Source of the DNA: Neodothiora populina
Lineage: Eukaryota
Direction: 5' to 3'
DNA length: 64,000 bases
Assembly (NCBI RefSeq): GCF_041146345.1
Contig: NW_027191407.1
Span: forward strand, 186,001-250,000
The translations under genes and the position numbers were made by a program. This document shows positions 59,418 through 64,000 of the stretch, piece by piece. Below the pieces are notes generated by a model that made no database searches, was not told the DNA's origin, and saw only the letters and a program-made list of their open reading frames with translations. Position 1 is the stretch's first letter; every line of letters begins with the position of its first letter.

Positions 59418-61322
59418 TTATTGAGCACAGCCGTTGGGACACTGGCTTTCTTGATCGAGCTCAGTGCCACAATCATTGGTGCACATCTGCCGGTAGATCT
59501 CGTGCTTCAATCCCTTCCTTATCCCACGACGCTTGGGATTAGGAGCTTTCTCCCCCTTCTCCTCGGCCTCTCCATGTGCCCTCTTCCGCCCCCGAGTCCC
59601 GTTTGCCTGGGCTCCTGGCTTGGGCCTTGTGTAATCTCCGACGTAGTCGAAATTCTCCCCGATCGCCGGGAGAGGAACACCACTGTAAGTGGGCAATTGT
59701 CTGGCATCGGCCTCCCTGTAATATGAGACCACGCCGTATTCCCTCTCCATCCACATGATGGGCCACTTCATCTTGATCAAGCCGTTGGGCCTGAATTTGT
59801 GGTTGGCTATCTGTGGCCCTAGGAGCAGGCGGTCGACCGACTCCTCTCCAGCTTGACGATCCCCCTTTGGGATAACCTTTTTGCTCTCGCCGGGAGCCGG
59901 AGGCGCGGCTTTCTCCCGGTATATGGATCCTCCCAGATGTTGACGCTCGGGAGTCCAAGCGATGTTGTCGGTCCATCGGCTCACCGGCTGCTGGGACCTT
60001 GGCAGGACTTTGCCTGCTTCGCGCTCCTCTTTCGTGGGGACCAGGAAGACGTAAACGTCCCCACTCTTAATGTTGCAGGGCTTCTGGCGTCCCGCGAATA
60101 AATGTTTGCCCTGAGTAGGGTCATTGCAATGCACGACCAACTGTCGCGCGGCAATGGGGCCATCAATCATCGTTCTGGTACATGTGGGCAGTTGACGATC
60201 TCCTCCACGAGCTGTACCAGAACGTGAAGGGTGTTGAGAGGCTGAAGACGAGGAAGCACGTCCAGGCTCTGCTGAGGGTGCATGAGCTGAAGGCATGGAC
60301 CCCTCCGATCTTTCGATTGCTGCCCCGATTGCTGCATCGTTGCGCCAGCTTCCCATCATCTCGTCGTTCTCATCAAGGGGAGGATAAATGCTCCTGATGG
60401 AGTCCCCATTCTTGTTGTTGACACCACCACGTAATGTCGAGGTGATGTTGGTGTCTTCCAGATTGAAGGGCATGGAAGAAGATGAAGCCATTGCAGGCAC
60501 GGAAGAAGAAGAAAAAGCTACCTCGGGCGCATTGATTGCTGCTAGAAGTGAGGCAGCAAGCTCCGCATCTCCACCTTGTAGGAAATCTCGAGTAGCCACT
60601 GGCTGCTCGCTTGGACAGGCGGAGACTTCATCTTTCGCTATTGGCCAGTCTAAGAGGATCAAGGGCCCCCGGCTCTCGAGATCGAACTCCCCGTTTTGGA
60701 TGCTCTCTATGAAGGCATCAAACTTATTGACTCGACCGACCAGGCTAGCAGGGTTCTCTTCGTACGCCTCGACGGGGGCTTCACCGCTCGATTGGGGCAC
60801 GGCAGGTAGTGGTATGTTGTCTTGGAGCGACGCAGGCTCGCCGTTGATGGTGCCTGTTGCGTCAGGCCCCTGGAAGTTGAATTGAGGCTCGACATCCCAC
60901 ATGTCGAATTGGTATGTTTCGTCCCCGAGCAGGGGGAAGTGCATGTCTGGGAATGGCACTTCATTCTCGACGAAAGATGATAGCATGTCTGGGAATGTCA
61001 TTTCATGCTCGGGGACAGGTGAGAGCATGGCTGGGAATGCCATTCCACCCATGAGATTGTCCTGTCTGCCTTGAGCATTGAAGGCATGGAACAGGTTGGC
61101 GGAAGCGGAGACTGGAGGCTGCTCAAGCTCTGTGCCCAGCCCTGAACCCAGCTTTAAGAGCTCTAGGTTGATGTCATCCATGAGGTTGAAGGAGAGGGCC
61201 GTGTTGGATGCCTCCTCTCCTTGCCGGCTGAAGTCTGCAGCCAGAAATCTTGGGTCGATGATGGTGCACTCCACCGACGTGTGAGCCCGTGCTTCGGCGT
61301 TGGTCGATGAAGAGCAAGACAT
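59418..61322 (-). CDS. divergent Gti1/Pac2 (WOPR)-domain putative transcription factor
   Basis: 634-aa ORF with IKSGDVYVF, SRWTDNIAWTPER, IYRE, FRPNGLIK and VVSYYREAD in WOPR block order, plus a basic NLS-like tail. Confidence 0.72.
   Translation of the reverse strand: MSCSSSTNAEARAHTSVECTIIDPRFLAADFSRQGEEASNTALSFNLMDDINLELLKLGSGLGTELEQPPVSASANLFHAFNAQGRQDNLMGGMAFPAMLSPVPEHEMTFPDMLSSFVENEVPFPDMHFPLLGDETYQFDMWDVEPQFNFQGPDATGTINGEPASLQDNIPLPAVPQSSGEAPVEAYEENPASLVGRVNKFDAFIESIQNGEFDLESRGPLILLDWPIAKDEVSACPSEQPVATRDFLQGGDAELAASLLAAINAPEVAFSSSSVPAMASSSSMPFNLEDTNITSTLRGGVNNKNGDSIRSIYPPLDENDEMMGSWRNDAAIGAAIERSEGSMPSAHAPSAEPGRASSSSASQHPSRSGTARGGDRQLPTCTRTMIDGPIAARQLVVHCNDPTQGKHLFAGRQKPCNIKSGDVYVFLVPTKEEREAGKVLPRSQQPVSRWTDNIAWTPERQHLGGSIYREKAAPPAPGESKKVIPKGDRQAGEESVDRLLLGPQIANHKFRPNGLIKMKWPIMWMEREYGVVSYYREADARQLPTYSGVPLPAIGENFDYVGDYTRPKPGAQANGTRGRKRAHGEAEEKGEKAPNPKRRGIRKGLKHEIYRQMCTNDCGTELDQESQCPNGCAQ
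60941..61043. repeat. 42-bp-period coding tandem repeat, ~2.5 copies
   Basis: gcatg(t/g)ctgggaatg recurs at 60941, 60983 and 61025. Confidence 0.8.
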
Positions 61323-63267
61323 GATCTACGTGATGGATCAGTATGCATGTTTCGATGCCAGGATCTCGATGGAGGACTTACAGATTTGATTGATGTCTCG
61401 AGGTCTTTCGAGGGATTGACTAGTGTCAAACACGAATGTGCTTGAGATCTTGAGAGGTATGTGATGCAGTTCCTTCTCTCTATGCTTTGAGGCCTGATGC
61501 CCGGAAAGCTTTGCTTGTCTTGGATGCTTGGATGTACTTGAAAGCTTTGCTTGTCTTTGGATACTTTGATTCTTGAGGGTTTTTCGGATGGTTTGAATGC
61601 TTTTGGTTCTTGAAGTGGTTGAACGCTTTTTGGTTCTTGTTTGACAGGGCTGGTTTTTCAATTCCTTGGTGTTCTTGAATAAGAATGCTTGAGTTCTTGA
61701 TGGAATTGAGATGTGGTAGATGAGATCTATGAAGAAGAAGGGGAACATGGAATCATCGCAGCTTATAAGTGAGAAATTGACAGAGTCACATCCACTAATC
61801 ATCACACTGACAGACACCAACCCCTCTCGTTTGCCTAGTATGAACGAATTCTCATGTCTATTTCGATCGAACCTCGATCGGTCCCCCCTTACCGCCATTG
61901 CCTGCTTCATTATCTCAGGCAGGAGAAGACGCAAAAACACCAGGAAAGTCGCGATAGATAGCGCTGGTCTGGCCTCGACACAGTCACCGCAAATCAACAG
62001 CATGGTGTCGATGATATGCCTCTTCTTTGGCCTCAATCGGTGGACTTGAATTGAAAGGACACAGGAGCGTTGTGTGTCGAAGTTTTCAGAACACCATCAC
62101 TACGCGCTAGCTAGCCATCGTCAGCTTATCCACAGCTCGTCGATAGGTTCGACTGCAACAAGCTGGCCCTTGACTCCGCTCGATCCCGAAGTAGAAACAA
62201 CTCAGCCAACAGCCGCATACCCTTTAGAACTGCCCCTGGCGCACTCCAATCGACTCCCAGTACCCGAATCATCATCAATTCCGTCTCAAAAGAAGCATAC
62301 AACGACATACTCGAGACGATACTCGACTGTGTGCGATTTCCAGCGACTGATTCGACCAACGAATCGAGGAGAGGACTACAGGCGGTAGCCATCGATCTCG
62401 AGGTGCCGTATTGTGTGCAGCAAAGAATGGCGTCAACGAAGTCGAGTCTCAACGCCGACCTCCGTGAGACTCCACCTCTCACGTCACAAAGTCACTTCAC
62501 AATGTCGCAGCTCTGACCTCGACAATGGACACAATACACAACTGAGAATGAGCCTATGCCTCAATCTTCCATCAATCTAAACAATTTCATTAACAAAAAG
62601 TCTATATTCCACTCCTAAACCATCTTTAAACGCATCTCCAACACAAATATCAAAGAAACCATGATAAACCTATTTAGCGACCACAAGCAACACAAAGTGA
62701 GGTGCGAATAGAGATAAGAATAAGAATTCCCTAGCGCTGACCTGCACCCCAGGTAATCAGGATTCTCGGGCCCACGCTAGTTTAAAAGGATGAAGATTTG
62801 CGTCGCCCACCCCCTGAGAGCGTTCACTTAACTTAGCTGGTGGCTGTGCTGTGCTGTGCGGACCGGACCTGCGCTCCGGACTCCCCTGCTTGGCGGTGCG
62901 TTATTGGGTTGCATACTCGCATTCGATTTTTGCAGCGACTGGCAGCGGGGAGCTCGCTCGCCTGGTGCGCGACTGCATGTGAAGTGCCAAGGCAAGGACT
63001 GCCAGGCCGCCGCGTCAGGCTGTAAGGCAGCCGGCTTAGACCGTGATGCAGCGGCGTCAGGCTTCGAAGAGCTCTTGCAAGATCAAGATGGGATATAGGC
63101 AGGATCGAGTATGGAATTGGTTCTATAATACCACAAAATTTCATCAAGACATAAATTGCGTATGTACTACTATCCTCAAATCCCATCGTTGGTATTCCTT
63201 CGACAGATAATGCCAACATCAATGTCCTTATAACGTTTTGTCCATCACTTTTGTTCTACGCAAGTAT

Positions 63268-64000
63268 TCATTGCCCATTGTCGGGAGGCACCTCCTCGTC
63301 CCACCATCTATCTACAGACTGGTCCACAGCACGCTCATCGAGCGCCATCAGTCGTCGCTCCCCACAGAACCCGCCTGGTTGAGCCGTGCGCTTCACACTC
63401 TCGAATCTACCCCTCAAGTTCCCTGTATGCATCCAGTCGTCGTCCTTGAATGTCCATAAACGATCAGTCACCTCCTCGCCCACCTCTTGTAGCCTACGTG
63501 GATTGTGTTGTGGATTTCCAGCAAGCCAGTCGTGTATGCGATGGAAGGGAATGGAGACACGCTCGAAGCGTCTGGCGAAGCGAAGGTGCTCGAGTGTCTG
63601 CCGATCGGGCGCTACTCTGATATAAGGGTTCATGTAGATCCCAGAATCTTCCGCTTCGCCAGCCTCTTTCTTGTTGTTCTCATCGCCCACACGGAACGCC
63701 AGGTCGGCGAGCGCAAGGCAACATTCGGATGCTTCCCAGTATGTGTCCGTGCTTACGCGAAAACGGACAGGCGATGTCGGTCGTGATGGTACAGCCGGGA
63801 TATGGCGATGCAGCTTCTGAGTCGACGTATCTGTGTCCAGGTGCCAATTGAGGTTCATGTCGACGTCGGGATGATAGTCGACGACGGAGGAGGACGTCGA
63901 TTTCACTCCGGTGATTGTCGTGGGCGTGTTCGAGGCGAGAGTAGATGGTGACATAACAGTTCCGTTGTGATCGTTTGCTGAATCTGGCGGAGGCATACTC
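63268..64000 (-). CDS. 3' part of a GT69 (CAP59/CMT1-like) alpha-1,3-mannosyltransferase; gene starts beyond the window
   Basis: VRFR..WEASECCLALADL..IYMNPYIRVA, PQHNPRRL and GGFCGER resemble the GT69 C-terminal motifs. The frame is open to the window end. Confidence 0.72.
   Translation of the reverse strand, partial: SMPPPDSANDHNGTVMSPSTLASNTPTTITGVKSTSSSVVDYHPDVDMNLNWHLDTDTSTQKLHRHIPAVPSRPTSPVRFRVSTDTYWEASECCLALADLAFRVGDENNKKEAGEAEDSGIYMNPYIRVAPDRQTLEHLRFARRFERVSIPFHRIHDWLAGNPQHNPRRLQEVGEEVTDRLWTFKDDDWMHTGNLRGRFESVKRTAQPGGFCGERRLMALDERAVDQSVDRWWDEEVPPDNGQ

Noticed and set aside
61338..62036. 232-aa minus-strand ORF upstream of the WOPR gene
   Set aside because: Low-complexity A-rich sequence with no domain, and its 3' end lies in the predicted UTR intron. 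More likely leader or promoter sequence.

Overview
Gene-dense, intron-containing genomic DNA from a filamentous ascomycete. The GT..AG introns of mostly 50-100 nt with CTRAC branch points indicate Pezizomycotina; Dothideomycetes is only an impression. I can support 30 protein-coding genes, most of them housekeeping: RPT3 (partial), mitochondrial L36, POP4, RAD55-like, MTO1, TED1-like, PDX3, DUF3245-like, SER2, GCN3, NCS2, ALT1, ACB1, class II aldolase/adducin, CIA1, BUD23, GH65 acid trehalase, PhyH dioxygenase, a complete 8-exon telomerase reverse transcriptase, a D-2-hydroxyacid dehydrogenase, cystathionine gamma-synthase, a Clr5-domain protein, MRM2, URA4, a CCCH-finger protein, FEX1, a TMEM170-like protein and a partial GT69/CAP59-like mannosyltransferase. 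The two most unusual genes are a strongly diverged Gti1/Pac2 (WOPR) transcription factor with the domain in its C-terminal half (59418-61322) and a ~1160-aa modular secreted repeat protein (51114-54599). The acid trehalase also appears to carry a GPI-anchor-like tail. I recognised no tRNA, rRNA, transposon, CRISPR array or telomerase RNA template. All calls are by-eye motif recognition and manual splicing; no database searches were run.
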